A stretch of DNA of 63,869 nucleotides, counting the filler, from Aduncisulcus paluster (lineage: Eukaryota), in the NCBI GenBank assembly GCA_024181965.1. It is 4 parts of 4 records of this genome, joined end to end, with 100 filler letters (N's around TTAATTAATTAA, not from the genome) between each part and the next. Parts side by side here need not be neighbours in the genome. Positions count along the whole stretch, not along the records: positions 21,575 to 41,145 come from BQXS01009984.1; 3 more parts are not named here. One strand, given 5' to 3'. The notes beneath the pieces are model-generated. The model saw only the letters and a program-made list of their open reading frames with translations, was not told where the DNA came from and did no database searches. Positions 23,266 to 34,873 of this stretch are shown piece by piece. Position 1 is the stretch's first letter; each line of letters begins with the position of its first letter. The position numbers and the translations under genes were made by a program.

Positions 23266-25734
23266 TCAATCAAAAGAAGAAGCAATTGCTCCTCCAATCG
23301 CAAAAATAATAATCCATGCCACCCACGTGAAAGAAAAGAAATCAATAATGAAATAATGAACACAAAGAAACCAAGGTCCACATCTTCGAACAATTGAAGA
23401 AAACAAAAGGAAATTTGGCACATCACTTTTACCAAGGATTCCACCGGCCATTCCCAAGCTTTCAAGCAAAGGAGCGGTCCACATAACCAAGAATCTCGCA
23501 ACCGAAAAGAGAAAATGACTTCGACACGCATATTCATCTTCAAACTCATTATATTCACTATATGTATCGAATAACTCCTCATCAACTCTCCAAAATGAGA
23601 AAGTGGTCAAGAATCTGCGGTTAAAGAGCGAATAAACAACATAGGACATGGCAATGTGAATAGAAGCCGAGAAAAGAGCCGCAAACTCGACGTTATCCTC
23701 TGAGAAAAAAGTGAAAAAAAACCATTGAACAAACAAGAAAATAAGATTCAATATTATTTGAATGACAATTCGAATGGGTCCCAAGAACATGTGTGTCATC
23801 CACCCACAGTGATAGGAATTGAACAAAGCACACCCAGTATTTCCGACACATCCACAAACCATCCCAACGATCCAAAGGAAACACTCAAGAATCATAATAC
23901 GGGTGACCTTGGATTCATCCCAATCTTTGACGGGCGTTTTCAAAAGCTTTCCATAAAATCGACAACAACTCAGAGCCATCATAGCAATTCCACATGCCGC
24001 ACCAATTCCATACCATACATACCGGTAATCTATTATTAGATTTGTAAGAAATGGAAGTTTTCCTCCATTCTCCCAATATATACTTCCAACATAGATTTCG
24101 TTATTCTTATGTACATCATTATATACATAAATCATCATTGTTAACATAAAGAGAGCGAAAGGCAAGTAAATCATCAATGCTGCAAACAATTGTTTAATGC
24201 TGCTTTTCAATGAGATTGGAGGATTCCCATACCTGACAACATATCTGCACCATGCAACGAGGGAAGAGGGATAAGAAGTAGATTTCTCAGCATCAACAAA
24301 GTCATTATTAAAAGGGGCACTGAATTTAAGGGGACCAGCATAATGAATAGACTTCTTGGGAACAACTCCAGCCATGGGAGCAGAAGAGCAGACAGTTGTA
24401 TTATTCGCAGCAATTATTATTGGTTTGGCAATCGTAGTCTCAACAACAGGGGTGACAGTGGGTTTACGTGAATTTGGATAGAGAATCACACCTTTCTTTC
24501 TTTTGAAATAGTCCATTTCAAAGTGATATGGTATCAAACCTACCAATCCAAGACGCAAAGTCTCAATATCGGAACGAGTGGATGCAGAATCATATTTGTA
24601 GCAATCGTCAATGGAATAACCAAGAAGACGTGGAATACTAAAGATCCCAGGGTTAAAGTCGAGTTTAAACCGTATTCCACTCCCTGTACAATGAGAACTG
24701 GTGGCGGCACCAGGAGAGACAACATCCTCAACATCAAGCCTAACCATGGACATCTTTGCCAGGGAGTCTGACTCAACAAGGGCTTCATGACTAGCCACTT
24801 TGGCCAATGAACTCTCAGAACAACCGAGTGATGGAGCAGATGGTGTCATGGAATCGACAGAAGGAATTGATGGAGCAGAGGGAAGAGAAGACGAGTGGAT
24901 ACCAAGATAATCACTGGATCTGCTGTCCTTAGTGGATACAGGTGGAAGAATGAATATATGTTCCTGATCTTTGCCTTGGGAAATGGTGCGAATAAGAGAA
25001 GGCATAAAGGTACCAAGCAATACAAGGGAATTCATAGCATTAATGGATAGAAAAACATCATCTGGGGAAAACTCACGGAGATCAATTCCATTGTTTGAAG
25101 CGATTTCATGAGCACGGAGGAGAACCAAGGCTATTGTGGCGGCTGATCTCCTATCAATCGAATGAGGAGACTTTAAAAGTTTTAGATTCTTTAAATAATC
25201 ACTCAAACGCCCTCCTAAAGGATATTTCAAGGAGGAAGAAGACAAGTTAGGAAGGAAAGGAGGAAAATGCAATATTTTGGAAGGAGATGTCATAATATTC
25301 CCTAATATAAGAGATTTATGTGCAGAATCCCACATGAGATCGGTACGAGATGAACCAAGAGACTTCAAGACAAAAGATTGCTTAGGGGCAATACGGAACT
25401 GTAAAGGGCGAGTGAACCCTAAAACTGGATCAATCCTATTCTGATAAAATGACACAACTTCCAAATAATTAATTTCTTTTGTAGTGAGTCCACCAAATCC
25501 ACGAATAGAAGTCGAAACTGGGAGAGGAGCAGAACAACTAGGACAATTCAATTTAGAAGTTTTTCTTTTCTTAATACAATCAATATGAAATGTATGACCA
25601 CATTTAAGTTTAAAACAATCCTTTGAAGCAAGTAATTTCCCACAGATATCGCAACGGAAGAGATTATTTTCCTGTAATGAACCACAAAATGCCATATCAA
25701 TTAAATAATCATGATCATCTAATTCATGGGCCAT
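23266..25734 (-). CDS. RING-finger + degenerate kinase-like + multi-pass membrane protein
   Basis: RING-H2 CDIC...CGHTFHIDC...CPSC; kinase-like KYPLGGRL...IALVLLRAH...GIDLREFSPDDVFL; about 7-8 C-terminal TM segments. Confidence 0.75.
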   Translation of the reverse strand: MAHELDDHDYLIDMAFCGSLQENNLFRCDICGKLLASKDCFKLKCGHTFHIDCIKKRKTSKLNCPSCSAPLPVSTSIRGFGGLTTKEINYLEVVSFYQNRIDPVLGFTRPLQFRIAPKQSFVLKSLGSSRTDLMWDSAHKSLILGNIMTSPSKILHFPPFLPNLSSSSLKYPLGGRLSDYLKNLKLLKSPHSIDRRSAATIALVLLRAHEIASNNGIDLREFSPDDVFLSINAMNSLVLLGTFMPSLIRTISQGKDQEHIFILPPVSTKDSRSSDYLGIHSSSLPSAPSIPSVDSMTPSAPSLGCSESSLAKVASHEALVESDSLAKMSMVRLDVEDVVSPGAATSSHCTGSGIRFKLDFNPGIFSIPRLLGYSIDDCYKYDSASTRSDIETLRLGLVGLIPYHFEMDYFKRKKGVILYPNSRKPTVTPVVETTIAKPIIIAANNTTVCSSAPMAGVVPKKSIHYAGPLKFSAPFNNDFVDAEKSTSYPSSLVAWCRYVVRYGNPPISLKSSIKQLFAALMIYLPFALFMLTMMIYVYNDVHKNNEIYVGSIYWENGGKLPFLTNLIIDYRYVWYGIGAACGIAMMALSCCRFYGKLLKTPVKDWDESKVTRIMILECFLWIVGMVCGCVGNTGCALFNSYHCGWMTHMFLGPIRIVIQIILNLIFLFVQWFFFTFFSEDNVEFAALFSASIHIAMSYVVYSLFNRRFLTTFSFWRVDEELFDTYSEYNEFEDEYACRSHFLFSVARFLVMWTAPLLESLGMAGGILGKSDVPNFLLFSSIVRRCGPWFLCVHYFIIDFFSFTWVAWIIIFAIGGAIASSFD

Positions 25735-25920
25735 TCAACAAACAAAAAAATATCGTTTAATAAATCAAATAGCTTTCAAAACCGTGCTTTCAGCGATGAT
25801 TTCCAAGAATATTTCATTTACGGCTTTTAAAGCAATAAAATGAAAATTTTACTTGTTAAAATTGTTATATAGAAAAATTTTAGTTGAAAATATCCAAGAA
25901 GTTTTAGAATACTATCTCTA

Positions 25921-28671
25921 TTACCACCAAGTCCCTTCCCATCGATGAACATCATCTTGTGATCCATCTGTTCTCCCTTCTTCTTCCTCCTCCTCTTCTT
26001 CTCCTTCCTCCTGTCTCTGTTCTCCTTCTCTTCCAAGCCAATCATCAACATTCCATGCTCTTCCTTGTCTGGATATATCCCCAAACCCAAGGAAAGAACA
26101 AGAGCAAGAATCACAGGATGACAATGCCGGAAATGAACATTTTGAAACAATTGATTTAACCGGATATTGATCTTCTTGATCAACACCTTTGATTTCATCG
26201 GATTCTCCAAGAGAAGGACTTCCAGCAATAACTTCTGTTCCTAGTTTCTCAGATGGTCTAAAAATAGATAATATATGATCACATACATACAGACAAATAG
26301 CGTGGTATTGGTTATGATCCATTTTAACGAAGCTAATCTGTCCAGACCGATTGTTATTACCATGTTCATCACTTGCTGGGTCTGAACCATCGAGAGTAGA
26401 ATTCGATAAGAAATGCACAATCTCTTCACACAAACATACTAAATCATTTAACTTAGATTTAGATGACATAAATAATAGACTTGATGTGGTTCTAAATTCA
26501 TGTATTGATGTAATGAGCGCCGATTGAAACTTTCGTGAACCTTTTATACAAGATTTCACACCATGTCCGAGAGCAAGGCTTAATAAATTACTTTTTTCAC
26601 ACCCATTTTCAATGATAAATGTGAGTATAGAGACCATTGAGAGACATAACCGAAGCTTTTGTTTATCCTCAAGCTTTGTTCCAACTTGAACAATCGTCTC
26701 AATACCATTTTTGCCAGATTTGCTCTCTTCCCTTTGATCTTCGAAAAACTCCATGAACTCTGATAATATTTCATAAAGAGAACTATATAAACCATTCAAG
26801 AACACCGGCGTGAACTTCTCAGACAGATACCCGAGTTGACAAAGAATGATGGAAGAATAATTAAATAAATGAAAATTCGAAGCAGACACGCAGAGTAAAA
26901 CAAAGCTAGAAGCAAGATCAGACACACGCGTATGATGAATGTTATATTTTGACTCGATTGAAGGGAATAATAGTCTAGCTCTAGGACCTTTGGACGATTC
27001 AGGAGCTAACCTGGAATCAACACCTGAATACTTCTCAAGCACTCCATTCCACACAGAAAATATCGTTGAAAAGAGGACTGAACAAGGCCCATCACGAATA
27101 GAATAAAAGATGTCGTTGGAAGTACTATTGTTGACATTACAAGGGGAATTAGACGGAAGGAATTTCACACTTTCTTCATAATGATCACCATCAACTAGAT
27201 CTCCTTGATCATCTTCAGAGACAGAAGTCTGAAACCCAAGAGATTCTTCCCCTTCTTCCTCTTCTTCCTTCTCCTCCTCCTCCTCCTCCTCTTCTTCTTC
27301 TTCTTCTTCTTCTTCTTCAACAGTGGAATATTGTATTTTCCAAGCTTCGTCAGGGTATTTTCCACCCCATTCAAGAATAGAACTCAAAATCAACTCATTG
27401 CTAATTCCTTCAGACTCTTCAACACTGAGAGATCCAAAAATAGATGAGAAAGTTCTCACCTCTCCTTTAATTGGCGGAATTAAACCCAATAAAGATTGAA
27501 GGAATGAAGAAGATGATGGCAATGGGAAAGGAAGGTGGAAATGTCCAAATAGTTTATATACCAAATCAATTGAATTTCTTATCCCTGTTGAAGCGTCATT
27601 AAATATTCTTTGAAAATGTTGTTTAAATCCTTTAAGGGCACCAGAACTTGACGACACAATGTCTCGATCATCACTGATATCTCCAATTTCATCGCTATCC
27701 TCTTCTTTTCCCTCTCCTTCTTCAGAGAGATTGAGATCACCATCTTCCATAGAGAGAAAAGTTATACCAGCAGCCTCAAGACTCTTCTTCTCGTCCTCAA
27801 GTGGATCTGTTTCTATTTTTTCAGGTATAACCGTTGAGCTTTGGTTTCTTTGTTTTTTAGGTATAGATCGCTCTCGTTTCTTATTTGACGTGGATGAACT
27901 TATGAGAATATCACTACTAACACGACGTTTAGAGATATTAATATGAGCTGATTCGAATGGGAGTGTATCTCCACTTAGGGTTAAGGTTAATTCATGAGAA
28001 AGAGGCGATTCATCTGCAATGGAAGAAATCATTTCACGAACAATAGAAATCGAAGATTCTTCTCTAATCCCACACAAAAACTCCATAATTTCCCTATATT
28101 GAATGATATATCTCTTCATAATATATAATAGTACATTATACTGCCACTTAGAAACGAAATGACAGAGCACATTCTTAATGGTCTGAGCTCGTTTCAAAAG
28201 AACCGAGAATTGAGCCCGCCAATATCTGTCATATAACCATTCAATGGCGTCTGAGAGGGAATTCTTAAGGATTGATAAGGTAGGCAAGGATCCATGGACA
28301 ATGGCATGACGAAGATCGACAAATCGCTGAGGGAGTGAAATATTCCGAGCTAATGCACCAATAGACATCGCATATGCTCCTTGCTGACCAGAATCAGTAA
28401 GACCAGAAACAAAACGAACAAGAATAGCCGAAAGAGCAGATCTTTCCATATCTTGAGAAAATTCGGTAATCTGTGTTTTAGAGAAAGGAGTCATAATACT
28501 TTCAATAATAAATGCCGTTGAATCAATGGAATGCGGCAGATATGCTTTCTGTCGCCAGGAATGGATGATTGATAAACCATATTTAACTTCTTCTTCATTA
28601 TCGGAGAATAAGGCCGTCATACATTCTACCCATTCATTCCAGTCTCTCCAAGGGACATATCTATGAGACAT
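25921..28671 (-). CDS. LAS1: Las1 pre-rRNA ITS2 HEPN endoribonuclease
   Basis: VPWRDWNEW, LPHSIDSTA, RFVSGLTD, HEPN motif LRHAIVH, WLYDRYW. Confidence 0.9.
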   Translation of the reverse strand: MSHRYVPWRDWNEWVECMTALFSDNEEEVKYGLSIIHSWRQKAYLPHSIDSTAFIIESIMTPFSKTQITEFSQDMERSALSAILVRFVSGLTDSGQQGAYAMSIGALARNISLPQRFVDLRHAIVHGSLPTLSILKNSLSDAIEWLYDRYWRAQFSVLLKRAQTIKNVLCHFVSKWQYNVLLYIMKRYIIQYREIMEFLCGIREESSISIVREMISSIADESPLSHELTLTLSGDTLPFESAHINISKRRVSSDILISSSTSNKKRERSIPKKQRNQSSTVIPEKIETDPLEDEKKSLEAAGITFLSMEDGDLNLSEEGEGKEEDSDEIGDISDDRDIVSSSSGALKGFKQHFQRIFNDASTGIRNSIDLVYKLFGHFHLPFPLPSSSSFLQSLLGLIPPIKGEVRTFSSIFGSLSVEESEGISNELILSSILEWGGKYPDEAWKIQYSTVEEEEEEEEEEEEEEEEKEEEEEGEESLGFQTSVSEDDQGDLVDGDHYEESVKFLPSNSPCNVNNSTSNDIFYSIRDGPCSVLFSTIFSVWNGVLEKYSGVDSRLAPESSKGPRARLLFPSIESKYNIHHTRVSDLASSFVLLCVSASNFHLFNYSSIILCQLGYLSEKFTPVFLNGLYSSLYEILSEFMEFFEDQREESKSGKNGIETIVQVGTKLEDKQKLRLCLSMVSILTFIIENGCEKSNLLSLALGHGVKSCIKGSRKFQSALITSIHEFRTTSSLLFMSSKSKLNDLVCLCEEIVHFLSNSTLDGSDPASDEHGNNNRSGQISFVKMDHNQYHAICLYVCDHILSIFRPSEKLGTEVIAGSPSLGESDEIKGVDQEDQYPVKSIVSKCSFPALSSCDSCSCSFLGFGDISRQGRAWNVDDWLGREGEQRQEEGEEEEEEEEGRTDGSQDDVHRWEGTWW

Positions 28672-29013
28672 TATTTTGTTATCTCTCCCAACAATGGATT
28701 TTGTTCTTTTGTCTTTGTTCGAAATAAAAACAATAATTTAATAGAGAAATTTCAAAAATCTACCAATCTTATGCATAATTCTAAAAATTATTGGTAAATT
28801 TCTTTAGCAGAATCACGAGTAGAACATCTGGCTTTGTTAAAAACAAGTAAAAGGGCGTTTTGAGGCAATATCCAATTCATTTTTTGCTTGTTTATTGATT
28901 TTCAGTAAGAAATACAAAAAATATATTTTTGATGTTCATACAAACCGACCACAGCCTGTGGTCCGACCACATGTTGTGACAACATTGTTGGACGTGGCAC
29001 GTTTTTGATCACA

Positions 29014-30190
29014 ATGGAAAAATATACTGCGTATGCTGATGAGAAAACTGGTATAGTTCCCTTCTTAAATTTCGGAGTATGTATTATTCTTTTCTTTATT
29101 CTCTTTTTCATTGCTTTAAAACTGATTGATTTTTTTGTCTTGAAATAAGGCAACTGATGCCGGAACTAGCACATGGACTAAAATGATTCAAACAATATTG
29201 TTAAAAACCCCACTATTTCTCATGAGGTTTGTATTCTTTGTACCTTTTGGTATTTTCTGTCTGTTCGCCAGAATTCTCCTTGTTCTGTTTCCATTTGGTA
29301 TTGATAATCTGATTCGAGCTATGTTTTGTCGTCTTCTTCTCTGGATGTGTGGATATGGGCTAGACATTACATCCAAAAAGAAAGGTTCCTTCCACAAAAT
29401 ATATAACCCCAGGAAGAATGATCTTATCTTCTCCAACACTCTCTCTCCCCTAGATATCCTTGTTTATTCCATCATTCTTGATGATTTTAAGGTTGCCATC
29501 CCTGCCACCTATTTCTCTGATCTTGTTGCTCCTGGGTCTAATCCAAAGGCCATTTCCAAGAATCTTACCAACAAACCTCTACCAATCCACATTCCCGTTG
29601 TGATATTGTCTCCAGTTCGTGCCTTCTTCCACATTTTGTTCCAACGCTCCATCTCCCACCGTTCTCGTAGATGCAAGCCACTTTCTGTTGTTCTGAAGAA
29701 GAGTCGTGTTCCTCTCGTTGTCTTGGGTGAAGGAAAACAAACCAATGGAAAAGGAGTCATGAAGTTCTTGCCATTGTTCAGTAAGGATTACCCCTTAATT
29801 AAAAACTCCAAGTCTGGGAAATATCCTTCCATTTTTGGACTGTCTCTTCGCATCACCTCCCCCGTTGGATGTGAATCTCTTGTAGATATTGGAATGTTCT
29901 CCTTCATATGGAAAATATTCTCCCATCCCCATGCAGAGTATAAGGTGCGTTTGATATGTTCCTCTGAATACTCATTTGAGATCCCCCATGCCACCTCGAG
30001 TGATGATGAAGCCGAAGAAGAGGAGCAATACGTCAGTTCTTACCTCACTGGTTCAAATATTGCGAACGAATGGCAAGAATGGATTGATAAGGTTAGAAAA
30101 TGTACAGCCTCAAGTTTGCCTTGCATTAATTTGGATATTAGACATTACTTATTATTTAACAAAATGAAGAAAAAACTTTTGAAAAAGTAA
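29014..30190 (+). CDS. Loa1/Vps66-like lysophospholipid acyltransferase; exons 29014-29076 and 29150-30190
   Basis: Spliced N-terminus MEKYTAYADEKTGIVPFL resembles Loa1. Motifs FSNTLSPLD and GEGKQTNGKGVMKF. 73-nt GTATGT...AAG intron, phase 0. Confidence 0.82.
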
Positions 30191-30455
30191 GCATCATAAA
30201 GAAGCCCCCAAAGTTGTGTGAAATCTTGGATTCAATCAAGATAGTTTATCCATGGCATTTCTAACCAACTAAAAGTATAAACATGTATTATCCAAAAATA
30301 TTAATGTTTGATTATCCCATTCCACCCTAGCAAAGTAAATTATTAGCCATTCTATATCCTTTGGCAAAGGCGTAAAGTTTAGAATCAGTTTTGTTGTCTG
30401 TGTCAGGTATTTTCTTCGCCATCTCTCTGGTTTTGACACGATTATAGAAAAGAAT

Positions 30456-30983
30456 ATGAGTCCAAAATACGTTCCTATTGAAGATTATCCTGATAAATTG
30501 ATTCCTGATGAAGAAGCCAGTGCTAAAATGGGTGAATTAATGCTCTCCGGTCATCAGATGATGGAACAGAGTTGTGGAGGTCCAAATTGCAGATATCCAT
30601 TGATGTTAAATATTAAAGATGAGGTAGCTTACTGCTGTCATTGTGGAAGATCATTATATCCCGAAGAGGAAGTGAAATCAATTTTGGCCAAGGCTGAAAA
30701 GAAATCACAAATTCAAGAGACTGAAAAGGAACCAAAATGTACCAAAGAACCCGAAGTGACTGATTGTGATGCTCTTTCCTTGCTTGATAAAACTATTTCA
30801 GTGGCAACAATTACTCAATACTGCCTCGTTGATTCTCTTGAATCTCTAAAACAACTCGAAAAAAATGCCGATAAGATATCTCCAGTGGAGGTAAGTACCA
30901 TCACAAAGGATATTATTGGGACAAAGTTGGAAATTTTGAGGAGCTATGTTGAGTTACGTGCGGTGTTGAAAAAGAAGGAGTAA
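30456..30983 (+). CDS. SSSCA1/ZNRD2 (autoantigen p27) zinc-ribbon protein
   Basis: SAKMGELMLSGHQMMEQSC...C.YPLM...YCCHC. Confidence 0.8.
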   Translation: MSPKYVPIEDYPDKLIPDEEASAKMGELMLSGHQMMEQSCGGPNCRYPLMLNIKDEVAYCCHCGRSLYPEEEVKSILAKAEKKSQIQETEKEPKCTKEPEVTDCDALSLLDKTISVATITQYCLVDSLESLKQLEKNADKISPVEVSTITKDIIGTKLEILRSYVELRAVLKKKE

Positions 30984-31184
30984 TAAAACCTCTATTCCAG
31001 ATATAAGAAGAATTTTATTTGATTATATCACAGATCAAAATATGATTGTCGAGATTATCATAAACAAAAAACGAGGGTATATATAAATAAGAGTTAAAAA
31101 TTACGGATTAATGAAAAGGGAATGAAATACAAAAAACGATTATGGAAAATCGTCATGTTAAAAAGGGAATCGAGGAAAATGGTC

Positions 31185-31691
31185 TCACTTTTTCTGCTTC
31201 TTTTTTGAAGCATCTTTCTTTTTCATCTCCTCAAACTCCCTCAATTTTGGCCAATCACGTCTCAAAGCCTTGTCATCATTATAACCAACAAAGCAAGAAT
31301 ACTGGCTATGAGCTTGTTGCATTTTCATTGAGTGCTTGATCGGGCACCAATATCTTTCAGTTCTGCCAACAATCTCTTTAGCATAAGCCATTAAGGCGTT
31401 ATAATAGGAGCAATAAGCGCAATTAATCTTCTCAAACCAATTCAAATATGGCAAATGCTTCCTATCAAAGATGAAAAAGTCTCGAGCTCTCACAAGTGGA
31501 ATATCATACAATCTGAAACATATACTATGATATATTTCAAGCAAAATGTGGAAAGGAATCGCTGGGATGATCATCATGTAAATAAAGGGCATAGAAATGA
31601 AATAACGTAGGAGCATCATTCCCTTCGTTTTACGGGTTTTTTCCCAAACACCAAGTTTAATAAATCCAGTAGTAGCTGCACTAGCTTGCAT
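31185..31691 (-). CDS. Conserved bacterial-like hypothetical membrane/Cys protein
   Basis: YHSICFRLYDIPLV, FDRKHLPYLNWFEKINCAYCSYYN and EIVGRTERYWCPIKH: a pattern I recall from uncharacterised prokaryotic proteins. Confidence 0.75.
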   Translation of the reverse strand: MQASAATTGFIKLGVWEKTRKTKGMMLLRYFISMPFIYMMIIPAIPFHILLEIYHSICFRLYDIPLVRARDFFIFDRKHLPYLNWFEKINCAYCSYYNALMAYAKEIVGRTERYWCPIKHSMKMQQAHSQYSCFVGYNDDKALRRDWPKLREFEEMKKKDASKKKQKK

Positions 31692-31944
31692 GATTTCACA
31701 AGTTTGAGAAGAGAATTGGCTTCAAATATTACAATCTCGACAAGTGATGAGATCTAAATTTAGAACATGGTGGAAAGTTAAAACGTTAAAAAATCTTACT
31801 AATCATTTATTTCTGAAGTCCAAATTTGTAATATAAAATAAATTTTGACACACAGACACATATTCAGTAATAACAAATGAGATAGATGATATTTTTCTCA
31901 TCACATCAATCCCGACCATAAAAACATTGATTATATTACTCTTA

Positions 31945-33246
31945 TTACTGAGTTTCATCTCCAATGATATCATCATCATCCTTAGAGGCTGTGTCAGTCA
32001 TTTCTCTATCTTTCCGTTTGATTTCATCGAGCTCGGCCTTCAATTCATTTAGTTTCCGGCGAAGTTTACGTTCGAGGCCAATCTTTTCCGTTTCTTCCTC
32101 TTTCGAGTAGTGGCGTGCCATCAATGCCGTTTTCTCTCTTTCCACCATCTTAAGTTTGCTTTCCAGAATATCCTTTCGCTGCTGGACTTGTCTCAACTCC
32201 TCTTCATGTGCGGCCAGAGAAACAATTAGTTTCTCATTCTGGTTTCTCAAAGAAGCTAGTTCGACAGCGACACGACGGGATTCGACAGCGGGTCTTTGCA
32301 ATTTCTCGGCCAGTTCACGATCCTTGTGGGCCAAATCTTTCTTTTTCTCTTCAAGTTCTTGAATAAGCTTCTTATTCTTCAATTTTTCATCTTTTAATTT
32401 GGTAGAAAGGATCAAGAATCGTTTCTGAACAGCTTCTACTGCCTTTGATAGATCCCGAGAATCGATGAATTTTAACATCTCGGAACGGATGGCCTCTTCA
32501 TCAATTTCTTCCTCAAATTCGCGCATTGCCTTTAAAACAACAGCATCAACATTCGAAATAGCTGATCCAACAATGTCAAACATGATAGTCTGACGTTTTT
32601 GAAGGTGACGATGTTGTTGTTTTAATTCGAGAATTTCAGCCGACATTTTTTTCATTTTTTCAATTCTTCCACTATCTTTATCATCTTCAATGCGCTCTTT
32701 GCGGGTAATTACACCTCTTTGAAGGCGAACAATTTGTGTTTTCTGAGATTCAATTTCTTTTTCTTTAAGACGAAGTTCACGCTCAAGAACAGAGACACTA
32801 TTACGCAAACTGGCAGTAGAATCTTTGCTATATTGTTTAAGTCGGTGAGTTAAAGACTTGTTAGCATCTTCAAGGAGTTTGCGACTCTTTGATTGTTTCT
32901 CGAGTAATGCATTGAGTCTGGCAACCTCTGCCTGTAATCTATCGGTTTCAGTCCCCAAAAAACGTGAAACAAGTGGAGAAAGAGTAGATGATGGGCGAGG
33001 GGATACACGAGAGGTGTGCTTCTGAAAGCTAGGAGAACCAAGGGAGGGAGAAGAAGTTCTTTGTTTCTCAGCCTCAAGAACTTCTTTACATAATGATTCG
33101 GCATCAGTTGCCATTTGTCTCGCTTCAGCTATCCGCTTTTGCGCCTCGTGATGAACTTTTTCAACAGACTCCCTAGCATTTTGGAGTTCAGCAACAAGAC
33201 GTTTGTTTTCGGCTTTGAGTAACTCAATTTCAGATTCACACTCCAT
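31945..33246 (-). CDS. Coiled-coil protein
   Basis: 433 aa, with E/K/L/R heptads throughout. Confidence 0.75.
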   Translation of the reverse strand: MECESEIELLKAENKRLVAELQNARESVEKVHHEAQKRIAEARQMATDAESLCKEVLEAEKQRTSSPSLGSPSFQKHTSRVSPRPSSTLSPLVSRFLGTETDRLQAEVARLNALLEKQSKSRKLLEDANKSLTHRLKQYSKDSTASLRNSVSVLERELRLKEKEIESQKTQIVRLQRGVITRKERIEDDKDSGRIEKMKKMSAEILELKQQHRHLQKRQTIMFDIVGSAISNVDAVVLKAMREFEEEIDEEAIRSEMLKFIDSRDLSKAVEAVQKRFLILSTKLKDEKLKNKKLIQELEEKKKDLAHKDRELAEKLQRPAVESRRVAVELASLRNQNEKLIVSLAAHEEELRQVQQRKDILESKLKMVEREKTALMARHYSKEEETEKIGLERKLRRKLNELKAELDEIKRKDREMTDTASKDDDDIIGDETQ

Positions 33247-33715
33247 TGAAGTGGATGGAATCGTGTCCTACAAGTTGTCATAAGGCAGAAATAAAATACG
33301 CAGACAAAAAATAAGATATACTATAGATAGCGACTCAAAATAAATCTAATTGTATATGTTTAAAACATACTTGACCTGGAATACTCATCAAATAAAGAGA
33401 TTATGACAAAACTCGCGTAAACTGGAATTCTTGGTTATGCACATGAAAACGTGGTTAAATTACTTGAAAATTGGGTTAAATAATGGAATCTTTAAAAGAA
33501 CGATAATAAAAGAAATGGGGGGCGGTAGTATGAAAGGTACAAGCGTTTTTTAATTTATTTCCGAACATTCGATTAAAACAAATGCAATTCACATATACAT
33601 ACAATTCAATTGTTCCATAGGATCTTTAATTCTCGTTCCTTCAAAACAATTGAGTTGAAGCGTGGAGAAAAAGCGGAAAGCATTATTATTTATGTAATAA
33701 ATCAAGCAAATGTGA

Positions 33716-34873
33716 TTAAAAGTGGAATCCACCAGCAGGCTTGGTCTTCCCTTTTCTTTCACCTCTACTCTTTGACCTTCCACTCCTCCTCTTCTTCTTT
33801 TCGCCCTCATCTTTTTCAACCTTCTCTTCCTTTTCTTTGTGTTCCTTGTGACCACGTCTGCTCCCGCTACGGCCCTCTTTCCTCTTCTTGCTCCGTTCTC
33901 CATCAGCAGCGCCCTCTTTCTTCGTCTCCTTCTTTTCCTTTTTGGAGGGAACATCGTCAAGACGAGTTTTCATATAACGATCGATATCAAAGCCAATTAA
34001 AATCCAATCAAAACGATAATCATAACTGTATCCTTCACGAACAAAGAGTTCCCTGAATAACTTCCTAATGTAACTGTAATCAGGCTTGTCATCGAACCGG
34101 AGAGCACGACAATAATGGAGGTATGCAGTAAACTCAGCAGGGAACCCACGGCAGAGAGATTCAATGGGACTACTCATCTTCCTCTCCAGGATCTTTTCAT
34201 ACTTTTGACGCTTTGTAGCAGCACGAAGCCCTTGCCATGGGAGGGAACCACGCAAAAAGTAGATTAAAACATAACCGAGTGATTCAAGATCATCTCTACG
34301 ACTCTGCTCAATACCTAAATGTGTATTAATGGCGGCATAACGGGCAGTTCCAGTCAAATTTTTGTGTTCACGATAAGGGATGTGTTGGTGGGTCTTCGGA
34401 TCACGGTACCGTTTGGCAAGACCAAAATCGATAACATATATTGTACACTGGCGCCGCCCGAGTCCGATCAAAAAGTTATCAGGCTTTACATCACGATGAA
34501 CGAAGTTCTTGCTGTGAACAAATTCCAAACGTGATATTAATTGGTCTGCAAGCATAAGAACAGTTTTTAAGGAAAATTTTCTGTGACAAATGTTAAAAAG
34601 ATCCTCTAAAGAAGGCCCAAGAAGATCGATAACCATAACATTATATTCTCCTTCAACCCCATAGTAATGAATGTATGGAATTCCCATTCCTCCATGGAGA
34701 ATTCGATAGAGCTTTGATTCATACAATAATTGGGGATGCCGGGCATCAATTGATTCAAGTTTAATGGCCACATCTTCCCTGGTCGCGATATTCATACCAG
34801 CATAAATTTCACCAAAAGCTCCGGCTCCAATTCGCTTCCGAAGCTGGAATTTGTTTGCTACTCTTAGATCCAT
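33716..34873 (-). CDS. CK1: Casein kinase I (delta/epsilon-like)
   Basis: [39 protein letters not shown] and SRRDDLES. Confidence 0.97.
   Translation of the reverse strand: MDLRVANKFQLRKRIGAGAFGEIYAGMNIATREDVAIKLESIDARHPQLLYESKLYRILHGGMGIPYIHYYGVEGEYNVMVIDLLGPSLEDLFNICHRKFSLKTVLMLADQLISRLEFVHSKNFVHRDVKPDNFLIGLGRRQCTIYVIDFGLAKRYRDPKTHQHIPYREHKNLTGTARYAAINTHLGIEQSRRDDLESLGYVLIYFLRGSLPWQGLRAATKRQKYEKILERKMSSPIESLCRGFPAEFTAYLHYCRALRFDDKPDYSYIRKLFRELFVREGYSYDYRFDWILIGFDIDRYMKTRLDDVPSKKEKKETKKEGAADGERSKKRKEGRSGSRRGHKEHKEKEEKVEKDEGEKKKRRSGRSKSRGERKGKTKPAGGFHF

Noticed and set aside
33367-33380. ATACTTGACCTGG resembling the U1 snRNA 5' end
   Set aside because: An insertion disrupts ACTTACCTG, and no U1 stems or Sm site are evident.
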